A stretch of DNA of 64,000 nt from an uncultured Thermoleophilaceae bacterium (GTDB lineage Bacteria > Actinomycetota > Thermoleophilia > Solirubrobacterales > Thermoleophilaceae). Both the position numbers and the translations under genes were made by a program. The number at the start of each line of letters is the position of its first letter. Positions within the stretch are counted from its first letter, which is position 1. The stretch covers positions 8,029 to 72,028 of the forward strand of contig CAVVYE010000015.1 in assembly GCA_963752455.1 (NCBI GenBank), written 5' to 3'. This document shows, piece after piece, positions 26,883 to 37,552 of the stretch. The notes under the pieces were generated by a model, which searched no databases, was not told the origin of the DNA, and saw only the letters and a program-made list of their open reading frames with translations.

Positions 26883-28296
26883 CCTCGGTCTCGGCGAGCT
26901 CCTCGGCCGGAACCGAGTCGCGCACGATGCCGCACCCGGCGTAGAGGTGCGCCATGGGGCCGCGCAGCAGCGCGCAGCGGAGGGCCACGCAGAACTCGCC
27001 GTCCTCGGCGAGGTCGGTCCACCCCACCCCACCCGCGTACCAGCCGCGGTCGAGACCCTCGAGCTCGGGTATCAGCGGCTCGGCCACCTCGCGCGGCTCG
27101 CCTCCCACCGCGGGCGTCGGGTGGAGCAGGCCCGCGAGCTCGAGCGCGTGCACCGGGCGGGCCAGCTGGGCCCGAATCGGCGTGGCCAGGTGCTGCACGT
27201 TCTGCACCTTCGCCAGGGCCGGCTCGTCCGCGGCGGCCACCCACAGGCTGACCGGCGCCAGGGTGCGCTCGATCCGGCGGGCCACGATCTCCTGTTCCTC
27301 CCGGTCCTTCGCGCTCTGCAGCAGCTGCTCGCCGAGGTGGTCGTCCACCGAGGGGTCCGCGCTGCGGCGCGCGGTGCCCGCGAGGGCCACGGTCTGGGCG
27401 CGGGCCCCGTCGCGGCGCACGAGCAGCTCCGGGCTGGCGCCCACGAAGGCCAGCTCCGGGGTGCCCACGCACCAGCAGTAACAGGCCGGGAAGGCCACGC
27501 GCAGTGCGTCCAGGATCGCGCCCGGCTCGTGGTCGGCGGTCCCGTGCACCCGCACCTCGCGGGCCAGCACCAGCTTGCTGAGCTCACCCGCGGCGATGCG
27601 CTCCACGGCGCGCGCCACCGCCCCCTCGTAGTGGGAGGGCGCGGCCGCGCCGGCCACCCGGACGCGCTCCAGCGGATCGGGATCGAGCAGCGGCATGGTG
27701 GCGGGCGACATTCCGGCCAGACGCGCCAGTCCCCGCTCCACCAGCGCCTGCGGGTCCTCGTTGCCGTCGGCGGCCAGGGCGAGGGTCAGGCGCGCCTCCT
27801 CGCCGTAGCGCGCCAGCGACACCTCGGGCATGACCAGTGCGGCGGGAGCGAGCGAGGACCACTCGGGCGACCCGCCGCCGTCGGGGGCGAAGGCGAAGCC
27901 GCCCACGAACACCGGGCCCGCGGCCGGCGGCCGATCGGGGTCGCGTCCCGGGTCGTCGGCGATCGTGCGCGAGGCGAGCGAGCGGATGCGGCGCGCGCTC
28001 TCGCCGAAGCGCTCCCGGCCGCGCTCCTCCACCACCGCGGCCGCCCCCAGCCCGGCCAGCGCGAAGCCGCGACGGTCCGGCTGCTCCAGGCAGAAGAAGC
28101 GGTCGCCGTCGCGGCGGGCGGCCAGCACGGACGCGGACAGGTCCACGCCCGGGGGCAGCGGCACGGTGACGGCGGCCACCGCCGTGTCGCCCTGGCGCCG
28201 GGCCAGAGTCACGGCGCGCTCGGCGCGCCCGAGGAGCAGCCGCTCGGCCTCCGCTCCGAGCGCGAACGGCGACTGGCTGTGGGCCACTCCGCTCAC
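26848..28296 (-). CDS. menF: isochorismate synthase
   Basis: Intact 482 aa chorismate-binding enzyme: ...VFVGGFAFAPDGG..., LSKLVLAREV, AFVGASPELLV, LAGTARR, LHPTPAVGG, DRGWYAGGVGW, ALRCAL, AGCGIV. Confidence 0.88.
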   Translation of the reverse strand: MSGVAHSQSPFALGAEAERLLLGRAERAVTLARRQGDTAVAAVTVPLPPGVDLSASVLAARRDGDRFFCLEQPDRRGFALAGLGAAAVVEERGRERFGESARRIRSLASRTIADDPGRDPDRPPAAGPVFVGGFAFAPDGGGSPEWSSLAPAALVMPEVSLARYGEEARLTLALAADGNEDPQALVERGLARLAGMSPATMPLLDPDPLERVRVAGAAAPSHYEGAVARAVERIAAGELSKLVLAREVRVHGTADHEPGAILDALRVAFPACYCWCVGTPELAFVGASPELLVRRDGARAQTVALAGTARRSADPSVDDHLGEQLLQSAKDREEQEIVARRIERTLAPVSLWVAAADEPALAKVQNVQHLATPIRAQLARPVHALELAGLLHPTPAVGGEPREVAEPLIPELEGLDRGWYAGGVGWTDLAEDGEFCVALRCALLRGPMAHLYAGCGIVRDSVPAEELAETEVKLQALLPLLT

Positions 28297-28323
28297 AGCG
28301 TCAGAGGATGACGAACCGGCAGG

Positions 28324-29809
28324 TCAGGGACGTGCCGGCGAGTTGCCCTGGCGCCCGGACGGGGCGGCAACGTGCGGTGCGCGCCCGCTTCGCAACCGCG
28401 GGAACCGCTGGTCCTGGAAGAGGGACGGCGGCTGTACGAAGCACGGCGGGGCGGCGGTGGTGCCCGACCCGGAGGAGTTGCGCCGCTCGCCCCCGGCCGG
28501 GCCGCAGTCGAAGGCCTCGGTGACACCGAGGCCGATGGAGCGCTCCCAAGCGTTCGGGGCCAGGTAGGCGTTCGCGCGCTCCCACGGCGGTCGCACGCTC
28601 CGGCGAAGGAGCGAGCGCGAGTCGATGATGGCCGCCTGCGGCAGGTAGTGCTCCACGAAGCTCTTCGAGCTGTATCCGCCCGCGCCGTTCCCGGCGAGCG
28701 CCGACCCACCCGGGCGCCAGGAACGTGGCCAGCTGCTTGCGTGAGAAGGCGAGGTAGGCCAGCACCGGGTTGAGCTCGGGGAGGAAAACGTGAGCGGACT
28801 CGAGGAGCGGCTGCACTCCTTCGAGCACCCGCTGGGCGGCGGGCACCCCGGCGCGGGACGCCGCCACCAGGGGGCCCACCGCCCGGAACAGCTGCTCGAG
28901 GTCGGGCGAGAGCCGGCGCAGGTCGCGCAGCGTGGGCGCGAGATCGTCCGCCGGCGCGCGCAGGTCGCGGACGAGCGGATCGGTGTCGCGGGCGAAGCGC
29001 TCCAGCCGCGCGACGGTGGCGCGCGTCTCGCGCAGGAAGGTGGGCAGAACCTCGAAGGTCTGGCTCAGGGCCTCGTCACGCGAGGCCAGGGCCCCGAAGG
29101 TGGCCTCGCCGCCCACGATCAGGTCCCTGAGGCTGTGGTCGTCCTCGGACACCGCCCGGAAGACCCGCCCGGTGTTGCGCACGAGTCGCCGAAGGGCGAT
29201 CTGCTGGTGGGCCAGCGGGCTCAGCACGTCGGCGCCGTCCCGGAAGAACGGCGCAGCGTTGCCGAGCGAGTCGTTCACGTCCTGCGCGTAGGTGCCCGAC
29301 GTCGCGATGCCCGACTCGTGCAGCCAGGCCTGGAAGTTGCGCCGGGTGCGCTCGTCGAAGGCCCCGAAGATCTCGTCCAGCTCGACCGTCTCGCTCACAT
29401 TCGATTGGGCGAGCAGGGCCCCCTCGGGGAGCTTGGGGGCGTCGCGACTCCCGGGGGCCAGCTCCACGTAGGTCTCCCCCAGCAGGCTCTTCTGGCGCAG
29501 GATCACCCGGGCGTCGCGCCCGATCGGGGCGAAGCGGTGGTCGATCTCGATCTCGGCGATGGTCCGCCGCCCTCCGGGCGCGAGCTCCTTGGTCTTCACT
29601 CGGCCGACGTCCACGCCCGCCATGCGCACGTCCGCCTCGGCCACCAGCAGCGAGGCCTCGGGGAAGGCCGCCCGGAAGCGGTAGCCCTGCGGTGCGGTGG
29701 GAATCGAACCGCCAAAGGCGATCCATAGGAAGGTGAGCAGCATCACCACCGACAGCGAGAAGCCCACGATCGCCGCGAGCCCTCCGATGCTGGGCGGCCG
29801 CTTGATCAC
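28324..29809 (-). CDS. MCE (MlaD-domain) family protein, 6th of 6 (one apparent frameshift near 28690; stop either 28324 or 28301)
   Basis: GTG 29809 overlaps the upstream stop (GTGA). N-terminal TM IGGLAAIVGFSLSVVMLLTFLWIAF, then the MlaD core YRFRAAFPEASLLVAEADVRMAGVDVGRVKT...LRQKSLLGETYVEL, and a helical C-terminal region. Confidence 0.8.
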
Positions 29810-31225
29810 GGCGCCGTGGGGAGGTTGGAGTAGTCGCAGGTGCCGAACCCGGTGTCGAGCAGGTCCTGGACCGGGCTTCCGGGCTGGATCGTGCCGTCGG
29901 TGGCGCCCGTCACCTGCTCGAGCAGCTGGGGGTTGGATTCGGTGAGTGCGCCCAGCGTGAGGCTGAGGAACGGCGACAGCGCGGCCGCGTCCAGCCCGCA
30001 GATGCTCACCCGCCGCCACGGCCCCTGGGCGTCGGCCGTGTTGAACAGCGACACGCCGTTCTGCGAGGTCCAGGCGAGCCAGTAGAGGAGCCCCTCCTCG
30101 CGGGCGCGCTGCTCGGTAACGGTCTTCCCGGCCAGCCCCTCGGCCCCGCCGGGGTTGTAGGCGCCGATGTTGAAGAAGCGGTTCCCCTTCCCCAGCGCCT
30201 TCGTGAGGTCCGGAGCCGCGCGCGCCCCCTCCACGGTGGCCTCCGTGAGGTCGGCCGTCCACGGCCGGGCGGCGCGCACGAACGGGCGGATCTGGTCACG
30301 CAGGGGCGAGAGCGTCTCGCTCAGGAAGGGCCGCACCGCGGCGTTCGTCTCGTCGAGCTTCCGGATCGGCGGGCGCAGGGCCGCCAGGGTCGGCTTGAGC
30401 TCGCGGGCGAATCCGCCAACCTGTTCGAGGGTCTGCGCCGAGTGTCGCAGCGTTGCCGGGAGCTGGGCCGTGGCGGTCGAGATCTCCTGGTCCTGGCTCG
30501 CGAGCGCGCCGAAAACCGCGCCCGAGGCGCTCACCAGCCGCTCGATCTCCCGGGGGTGCCGGCCGAGCTCGCCGGTGAGGCGGGAGTAGCTGTGCACGAA
30601 GCGCCTGAGCGCGACCCGGCGGCGGGCCGTGGCCCGCGTGACGCGGGCCAGGTCGCGGTGGAGCGGCTCGAGCCGGCGCAGGATCGCGCTCAGGTCGTCT
30701 CCCCGGCCGCGCAGGCCCTTTCCGGCGCCCGCCACGAGCAGCTTCAGGTAGGGCCGGGTGTCGGAGTCGAGCGCGGCCAGGATCTCGTCCGGGTCCACGT
30801 CCGGCGCCGTTCCCTCCACCCCGATGCGCCCGTGCTCGGGCAGCACGCTGCCCGTTCCCGGATCGATCTCCACGAACATGTCCTTGAGGGCGGTGCGCGG
30901 CCGCAGAAGCGCGGTGGCGTCGCGCCGGACCATGGTCTCGTAGCGCCGGTCGATGTCCAGCTCCACCACGGCCCTGCCGCCCTCGACCCGGACTCCGGCG
31001 ATCTTCCCGATCTGCACGCCCGCCACGCGAACGGTCTGCCCGCGCCCCGGCTCCACGGCCTGGGCGTCCGACAGCTCGACCTCGATCCGCTTGGGCGAGT
31101 CCTCGATCAGCGGGAAGCGGAAACCCTGGTTCGAGAGGATGACCACCACGGTGGTGAGCCCCACCACCACGCAGCCCGACGATGGCGAGGATCTCGAAGA
31201 TGTGGACGCGGATGGCGCGCTTCAC
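29806..31225 (-). CDS. MCE family protein, 5th of 6 (one apparent frameshift near 31170)
   Basis: MKRAIRVHIFEILAIVGL joins VVGLTTVVVILSN...IEVELSDAQAVEPGRGQTVRVAGVQIGKIAGV...ALLRPRTALKDMFVEI. GTGA overlap with the upstream gene. Confidence 0.85.
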
Positions 31226-32589
31226 GGCGCGCCCCCCGCGGTGGCCGAGTAGGTGGCGGCCGGGCCGCCGGGAGCCGCCAGCACCGGCGGATCCTGGGTC
31301 TCGCAGGGCACGTCCGGCCGATGCACCGGCGGGGTGTTGGGATCCAGCGGAGCCGCCGGTTCGATGCGCCCGGCGCCGAGGTGCGACGGGATCACGCCCT
31401 GGATGTGGAAGACCTGGGAGTTCGCGTCCTGCACCCGGCTCTCACCCGCCAGGCCCACGAAGCTGCGGAAGATCTGTCTCCGCACCTCCTGACCGGAGTT
31501 CCCGGTCTCGATGCTCGGGATCGTGGACTCGGCGAACGGGACGAGCACGTGGTTGGTGCAGGACGACAGAGCCCGGAGCTGGCCGTTGAGCGGCACGAGT
31601 CGCTGGTTGAGCTTCACGAGGCTCGGCACGGCCAGGCGGAGGTCGGCGGCCAGGCCGCGCAGCTCCGCCGGGCGCACCAGCGCCCGGGCCTGGGCGATCC
31701 ACGGGATCCCCACGTCGAGCGTGGGGGCGGTGGAACGCACGCCGGGCAGCGCCTCGACTGAGAAGGCGCGAAGGTTCGGCAGGGCGGCGTCCACGTCTCC
31801 GAGGGCCGGGTATCCGACCCGGAGCGTGTCCCGGAGCGCGGGCACCGACGCCTCCAGCGCGGTGTCCTGGCCGGCCAGCGCTCCGGCCACCACATCGAGG
31901 TCGGTGACGAGCGCCTTCAGCGTCTCCGGATTGCCGGCCAGCGCGGCGGCGGTCCGCGACTGGCCTCGCAGCAGGCGCGGAAGGTCCCTGTTCGGCTGGA
32001 GCCCGAGCAGAGCCTCATTGGTGAGCGCCGTCCGCCGGTATGCCGGACTCAGGTGCGGGATCGTCCGGTTCACCGCCTCCGCGCCGCCGTGGCCGAGCCC
32101 CTTGGTGCCGTACTCCTCGAGCAGCGTCCGGAGGTCGGTGCGGGTGTCCGTGGTCAGCAGGGCCAGGACCTCCGGCAGCGACACCGAGGTGGAGGTCTGC
32201 GTCACCGGAACGGTGGAGCCGTCCCGGAGCTCCGGGGCGGACGGCGTGCCCGGCTGAAGGTCCACGAAGTAGTTCCCCTCGAGCAGGATCCGCGGCCTGA
32301 TCCTCAGCCGGGCGTCCTGGTGGAGCGGCAGCGCGTCGTCACGGAGCTTCATCGTCACCGTGGCGGAGCCCTCGCCATTCGCCTCGAGCCTCGACACCTC
32401 GCCCACCTCCACCCCCGCCATCCGCACGGGGGCGCCATTCCCGATGCTGCGGGCGTCGCGGAACGACGCGCGCAACTCGTACGGGTTGGCGAACGGGTTG
32501 ACCCTGGTGAAGGCGAAGTAGATGAGCACGACGATCAGCCCGAGCGTGAGCAGGCCGACCTGGAGCTCGGAGAGCCGCCGGCGCCTCAT
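31222..32589 (-). CDS. MCE family protein, 4th of 6 (intact)
   Basis: MRRRRLSELQVGLLTLGLIVVLIYFAF...YELRASFRDARSIGNGAPVRMAGVEVGEVS...LRIRPRILLEGNYFVDL. ATGA overlap upstream. Confidence 0.88.
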   Translation of the reverse strand: MRRRRLSELQVGLLTLGLIVVLIYFAFTRVNPFANPYELRASFRDARSIGNGAPVRMAGVEVGEVSRLEANGEGSATVTMKLRDDALPLHQDARLRIRPRILLEGNYFVDLQPGTPSAPELRDGSTVPVTQTSTSVSLPEVLALLTTDTRTDLRTLLEEYGTKGLGHGGAEAVNRTIPHLSPAYRRTALTNEALLGLQPNRDLPRLLRGQSRTAAALAGNPETLKALVTDLDVVAGALAGQDTALEASVPALRDTLRVGYPALGDVDAALPNLRAFSVEALPGVRSTAPTLDVGIPWIAQARALVRPAELRGLAADLRLAVPSLVKLNQRLVPLNGQLRALSSCTNHVLVPFAESTIPSIETGNSGQEVRRQIFRSFVGLAGESRVQDANSQVFHIQGVIPSHLGAGRIEPAAPLDPNTPPVHRPDVPCETQDPPVLAAPGGPAATYSATAGGAP

Positions 32590-34110
32590 GGCACGTCCCC
32601 CACGGAGTCGATGCCGAGCTGGCGCGCCTTGTACGTGCCGCCCCTGCGACCCGGCGTGTCCGGGTCGAGCACCACGTGCGTGCCGCCGCCGAGGAAGCTG
32701 TCCTCGTCGGTCTCCACCGGCCAGCGGCCGTCGGTGACCAGGCGGCTGAGGTATCCCGTCTGGCCGGCCTGGCAGTCCGCGCGGCCCTTCGCGTCCACCG
32801 CCGGGCTGTTCGGCTGCTTGTGGAGGGCCTGGACCGCCCCCTCGTGCGGATCGCCCGGCGTGTCCGCCGGCCGCGACGACTCGGTCGTGCCGAGGTTGTT
32901 CTTCTGCGCCCCGATCAGCAGCTTGGTGAGGATTCGCTGGGCCGTGCCGCCGGGCACCGCCTCGGACTGATGGGTTCCGAGCGGGGTGAAGAAGTAGTTG
33001 AGGTAGTTGCACACGGTCTGGTACGGCGCCACGAACTGGACCGCGGGCCGGGCGATCTGGGCGGCGTTGCGGAGGTCGCGCAGGGCGAGCAGGGTCATCG
33101 GGTTCTCGCCCAGGTCTTCAACCGCACCGAACAGCTGATCGAGCCGGCTGGAGAGCTCGGGGGTGCTCTGGAAGGCGGGAACTCCGGCGCGCAGGGCGCT
33201 GTTGAGCGGGGGCAGTGCCTGCCGCAGCTCCGCCGCGGCAGGCTGCAGGCGGCGGGACAGGTCCGCGAAATGCATGAGGAACGGCGTCTGCACCCGGAAC
33301 GACGCGATGGCGGCGTCCAGCGTCGGCGGGGTCTCCTCGATCGTCTCCTGGAGGGCCCGCGGGTTGCGCCCCACGGCCGCGAACGTGTCCGCCATCTCGG
33401 CCACCCAGTCGGCCTGGACCGCGGCCACCGGCGCGGCCTGGCGAAGCGTGCGGCCGAGCGCCGGGAACAGGCCGCGCAGCTCGGTCTTCGGATCCGAGAG
33501 GGCACGCATCACGATGTCGAGCCGGGCCACGAACGGCCTGAGCTCCTCGATCGTGGTGTTCAGGGCCGGACCGCGGCCGGCCAGGCCGTCACCGAATCCC
33601 TGAAGCGCCTTTCGCGCGTCCACCCGCGTCTCGGGCTGGAAGGTGGACAGCACGTCCTCCAGATCCACCGGGGTGGATGCGCCGGGCCGGAGCGGGATCG
33701 TGTCGCCCGCGAGGAAGGTGCGACGCGGATCGTCCGGGTACGAGCTCGATGTACTTGAGCCCGAGTGCCGACCGTGAGCGCACCGTGAGGCGCGTATCCA
33801 CCGGAAGGGGCTCCATCGACTTGTCGAGCCTCAGGTCCACCACCGCGATCGCGCGCACGCGGCCGTTCACCCGCCTTCGGGCGCTGCGGATGGTGCTCAC
33901 CTGACCCACCCGGAAGCCGCCCGCGCGCACGTCGTTGCCCTCCACGAGCTTGGCCGCGTCGGGCAGCTCCGCCTTGATCCGGTAGGTGGGCACGAACGGC
34001 AGCCCCTCGTTGGCGCTGTAGGAGATGAACACGGCCACGAGCGCGATCAGGACGGTGACCGCGCCCACCAGGAGCGGGGTGGCCGTGAGGGCTCCGCGCC
34101 GTCCCCTCAT
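32586..34110 (-). CDS. MCE family protein, 3rd of 6 (one or two apparent frameshifts near 33700-33720)
   Basis: MRGRRGALTATPLLVGAVTVLIALVAVFISY...YRIKAELPDAAKLVEGNDVRAGGFRVGQVS...RSRSALGLKYIELVPG (frame of 33589..34413) joins DLEDVLSTFQPETRV... (32586..33668). Confidence 0.85.
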
Positions 34111-35539
34111 GGGCCGAGGAGGTAGTCGAGGACGGGCTCGGCCACGCTCGCCTGCGGGAGACGCGGACGGTTGCGAGGGCTGCGCGGTGGAGGCCCGGGA
34201 AGCCCTGGACGTGGGCTCGGGCTCGTTGATTCCCGGCTGCCGGGGGCCGAGCCACTGCTTGCAGCGGCTGATCAGGTCCTCCTGCCCCTCCAGGTGGTTG
34301 GCGTAGCCCGAGCAGTCGTTGAAGCTCACGTTCAGGCGCAGGATGTGCCCCATGTCGTCCAGCGCGTTCGTGGACAGCGTCTGCCAGTAGAAGTAGTTCC
34401 AGATGGCCTCCATGCCGGTGAAGCCGCCCCGGCCCGTGATGTGGGTCTTGTCGGGCGCGGGCGGATCGGTGGCCGCGCGCTCGCGGGTCGGCGTTCCACG
34501 GCGCGCCTGCGGTCATCGATGCTCTGGAGCAGCTGGCGGAGCGGCTTGGCCAGCCCCGGCGCCTCGCGGGCGAAGCGCCCGAGCTCGTCGAGCTCCTCGG
34601 CGGTGACCCGCACGGCGCGGCGACCGGTGACCGACGCCCGTCCCAGCGGAGGTCAGCGCGGGCCCGCCGCTCTCCGCGAACGGAGGCAGGCGAGTGAGGA
34701 AGGTGTCGAGATCCCCGGCGGCGCCGCGCAGGTCGCGCAGCACCGGCTGCTGGGCGGTGGCCAGCTCGCCAAGCCGCAGCACGTAGGGGTCGAGCTCGTC
34801 CAGGAAGGCCGGCAGCCGGTGGAAGGCGCCGGCCAGGTCCTCGCGACGAGTGGCGGCCACCGCCGCGGTGCTCCCCGCCTCGCGAACGAAGCGGGACACG
34901 TCCTTGCGGCGCCGGGCCAGCGCCCCGACCACCGTGTCGGCGTCGGTCACGAAGCGCTCGATCGTCCTGGTCTGGCGTGCGAGCACGCGCAGCGTCTGCG
35001 TGGTCTCCCGCAATCCGGGATGGGCCCGGCGGAGCACCTCGTTCAGATCGTCCGGCCGGCCGGCAAGCCCCGCGCCCAGCTCGCCGACGATGATCCGCAG
35101 GCGGTCCACGTAGGGGCGCCGGACGATGTTGTTCACCAGGTCGAGCGGGATCGTGGAGGTGGTCTGCTCCACGGGCACGCGGCCGCCGTCGGGGATCCGC
35201 TCGCTCGAGGTGCCCGGCTGGCACTGCACGAAGTACTCGCCGATGAACGACTGCGGCCGGATCTCGCAGTGTGCGTCCCGCCGCAGGTCGGCGAAGCCGG
35301 GCTCCGTGATCTCCACCTTCACCACGGCCAGCGGATGCGCGCCGCCCCGCACCTCGAGATCGCCGGTGGTTCCGGCGCGCACGCCGGCCACCTTGAAGTC
35401 GCCGCCGCTCGGTGACCCCGAAGGCGTTGTCGAACTCGATCTCGTAGCTCATGCCCTGCGCGTCGTCGTCGTGCGTGGCGCCGAGGGCCAGGGCGGTGCC
35501 GCCGACGCCGGCGGCGAGCGCCAGGAGAACCAGGGCCAC
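34107..35539 (-). CDS. MCE family protein, 2nd of 6 (at least three apparent frameshifts; both ends approximate)
   Basis: ALVLLALAAGVGGTALALG...YEIEFDNAFGVTE joins GDFKVAGVRAGTTGDLEV...CEIRPQSFIGEYFVQCQPG... (34513..35391), then RVTAEELDELGRFAREAPGLAKPLRQLL (34332..34613), then EAIWNYFYWQTLSTNALDDMGHILRLNV (33589..34413). The expected ATGA junction at 34107..34110 needs one more shift. Confidence 0.75.
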
Positions 35540-35554
35540 GAGCGGTTCGGCGCG

Positions 35555-36929
35555 TCACGGCCCCACCGACCGATGGGAGTCCTCGCACTGGAGGGAGGCC
35601 TGCTCGGCGGCCGAGAGCACGTTCGAGCCGTCGGGCGCGGGGGCTTCGTCCGCGCCCGGGCAGCGCCGGTATTGGCGCAGCTTCGGTCCCGGTCCGTAGA
35701 GGAACTCCGACAGGTTGATCCAGGCCCGCGAGTACTCGCCGAGCGCGTCATAGGCGCCGGTGGTGGAGAAGTCGTCGAGCCAGCCCACGAAGTCCGGCGT
35801 GTACGGCCGCCCGAGCGCGAGCGTCGGGGCGGCGGCACGCAACGCGGCGGCCGTCTCGGGGAAGGCCCCGCGGCGCACGGCGCCGTTCACCCGTGTGGCG
35901 TCGAGTGCCGAGCGCGCGAGCGCCGGGAAGCTCCCGAGCGCCTCGATCAGGTCGTTGCTGTCGCCCGGGGCGCGAATCGTCCGCGAGAGATCGCGGATCG
36001 TGGGCGCGCCGTCCCGCGCGAACCCGCGGGCCTGGGCGAGAAACGGCTCCAGCCGTCGTCGCCACCGGCTTCGCGGCGGCCACCAGCGGGTCCACGTCGT
36101 CGAGCGCGGCCCTGAGGTCCACGAAGGTCGAGTTGGCGCGCCGCAGGAACGGCGGCAGCCGCTCGACGGACTCGGCCAGCGCCGCCTTCTGTCGGCCGAG
36201 CGCGGAGAAGGTGGCGCCGAGGCCGGACACGGCACCGTGCAGCTCGCGGCGCCGTTGCCCGAGCGCGGTCACGAGCTCCGAGGAATTGACCAGGACGCGA
36301 CGCAGCAGCCGGTCGTCCCGGGACAGCACGCCGAACAGCCTCGCCCCCGTGGACAGAGCCGGGTTGAGGTAGTGGATACCCGCGCGCAGCTCCGTCCCGC
36401 GTCCCTTCAGCGACGTGGCCGACCCCGCCACCACATCCTGGAGCGCCGTGCGCGTCCGTTCGTCGAAGATGTTGAAGACCTGGTCGATCTCCACGGCCGC
36501 GCTGGTGTGGTCGGCGTCGATGCGGCCGCCGTCGTCGATCTCGTTGCCGTCATCCGGGCCGAGCTGGAGATCGATGTAGCGGTTGGCGATCCCGGACAGC
36601 GAGCCCAGCTTCACCACCGCCTGCGTGCCGGTCCGGAGCGGCACGTACTCCTCGTCACCCACCTCGAACGTCACCTCGGCCATGCCGTCCTGGGAGACGT
36701 CGATCTCCTTGACGGTGCCGACCTTGGCCCCGGCCACGCGCACCTCGTTGCCGCGCACGAGCTGGCCGGCGTTCTGGAACTCCGCCGTGACGCGGTAGCT
36801 CGATCCGCGGAGGAGCGTGACGGCCAGGATGGCGGCCACGGCGAGCACCAGCGCCCCGATCGCGAGGAGCCCGTTTCCGGGATCTCCCTCGTCGTCCGGC
36901 CGGGTCGCGCCCGCGCTCGTCACATGCAA
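35555..36929 (-). CDS. MCE family protein, 1st of 6 (one apparent frameshift near 36060)
   Basis: TTG 36929. TM LLAIGALVLAVAAILAVTLL, MlaD core YRVTAEFQNAGQLVRGNEVRVAGAKVGTVKEI...VKLGSLSGIANRYIDL. The C-terminal part is in ORF 35555..36235. Confidence 0.85.
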
Positions 36930-36944
36930 GTTGTAACGCCTGCG

Positions 36945-36964
36945 GCAATCCGGCCCGGGATTGC
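36945..36964 (-). other. stem-loop between ilvN and the first mce gene
   Basis: GCAATCC (36945..36951) and GGATTGC (36958..36964) form a 7-bp stem with a 6-nt loop. No U tract follows, so it is not a canonical terminator. Confidence 0.3.
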
Positions 36965-36990
36965 TCTCCAGGAAGTTGCCGTGCGGGCGC

Positions 36991-37551
36991 TCAGGTGGTG
37001 CCGCGGCCGCGCGACACGGCGATCTCGCCGGTGCGGACCATCTCGATCAGGCCGAACGGGCGCACCATGTCCTCGAACGACTCGATCTTGTCGTCCGTGC
37101 CCGTGATCTCCACGGTGACCGAGCGCTTGTGCACGTCCACCACGTTGCCGCGGAAGATGTCGGTGAACTGCATCACCTGAGCGCGCGTCTCGCCGTCCTG
37201 GCACGAGATCTTGAACAGCGCCAGCTCCCGGGCCACGGTCTCCCCGGGCTCGAGGTCCCGGATCTTGATCACGTGCACGAGCTTGTGGAGCTGCTTGGTG
37301 ACCTGGTCGATCGGGTGCGCCGCGCCGTCCACGGTGAGCGTGAAGCGCGAGAGGCTGGTGTCGTCCGTCGGGCCCACGGCCAGCGAGTCGATGTTGAACC
37401 CGCGCCGGGCGAACAGCCCGGCGATCCGGGCCAGCACGCCGGGCTTGTTCTCGGCCAGGATCGAGAGCACATGCTTGCGCCCCGTGCGCCCGCCGCCCGC
37501 GACCTGAAGGTCCTCGAGGCTCAGAACTTCCTTGGTGCCGGGCTCGCCCAT
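36991..37551 (-). CDS. ilvN: acetolactate synthase small (regulatory) subunit
   Basis: Intact 186 aa: ...KHVLSILAENKPGVLARIAGLFARRGFNIDSLAVGPTDD.SLSRFTLTV... ACT domain plus C-terminal domain. Confidence 0.93.
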   Translation of the reverse strand: MGEPGTKEVLSLEDLQVAGGGRTGRKHVLSILAENKPGVLARIAGLFARRGFNIDSLAVGPTDDTSLSRFTLTVDGAAHPIDQVTKQLHKLVHVIKIRDLEPGETVARELALFKISCQDGETRAQVMQFTDIFRGNVVDVHKRSVTVEITGTDDKIESFEDMVRPFGLIEMVRTGEIAVSRGRGTT

Positions 37552-37552
37552 G

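Noticed and set aside
33589-34413. ORF 33589..34413 reading through the junction of the 2nd and 3rd mce genes as a single fused protein.
   Set aside because: It contains the C-terminal part of one MCE protein and the N-terminal TM plus MlaD start of the next. An ATGA junction at 34107..34110 exists one frame away, as at the other mce junctions, so the read-through is most likely an indel artefact.
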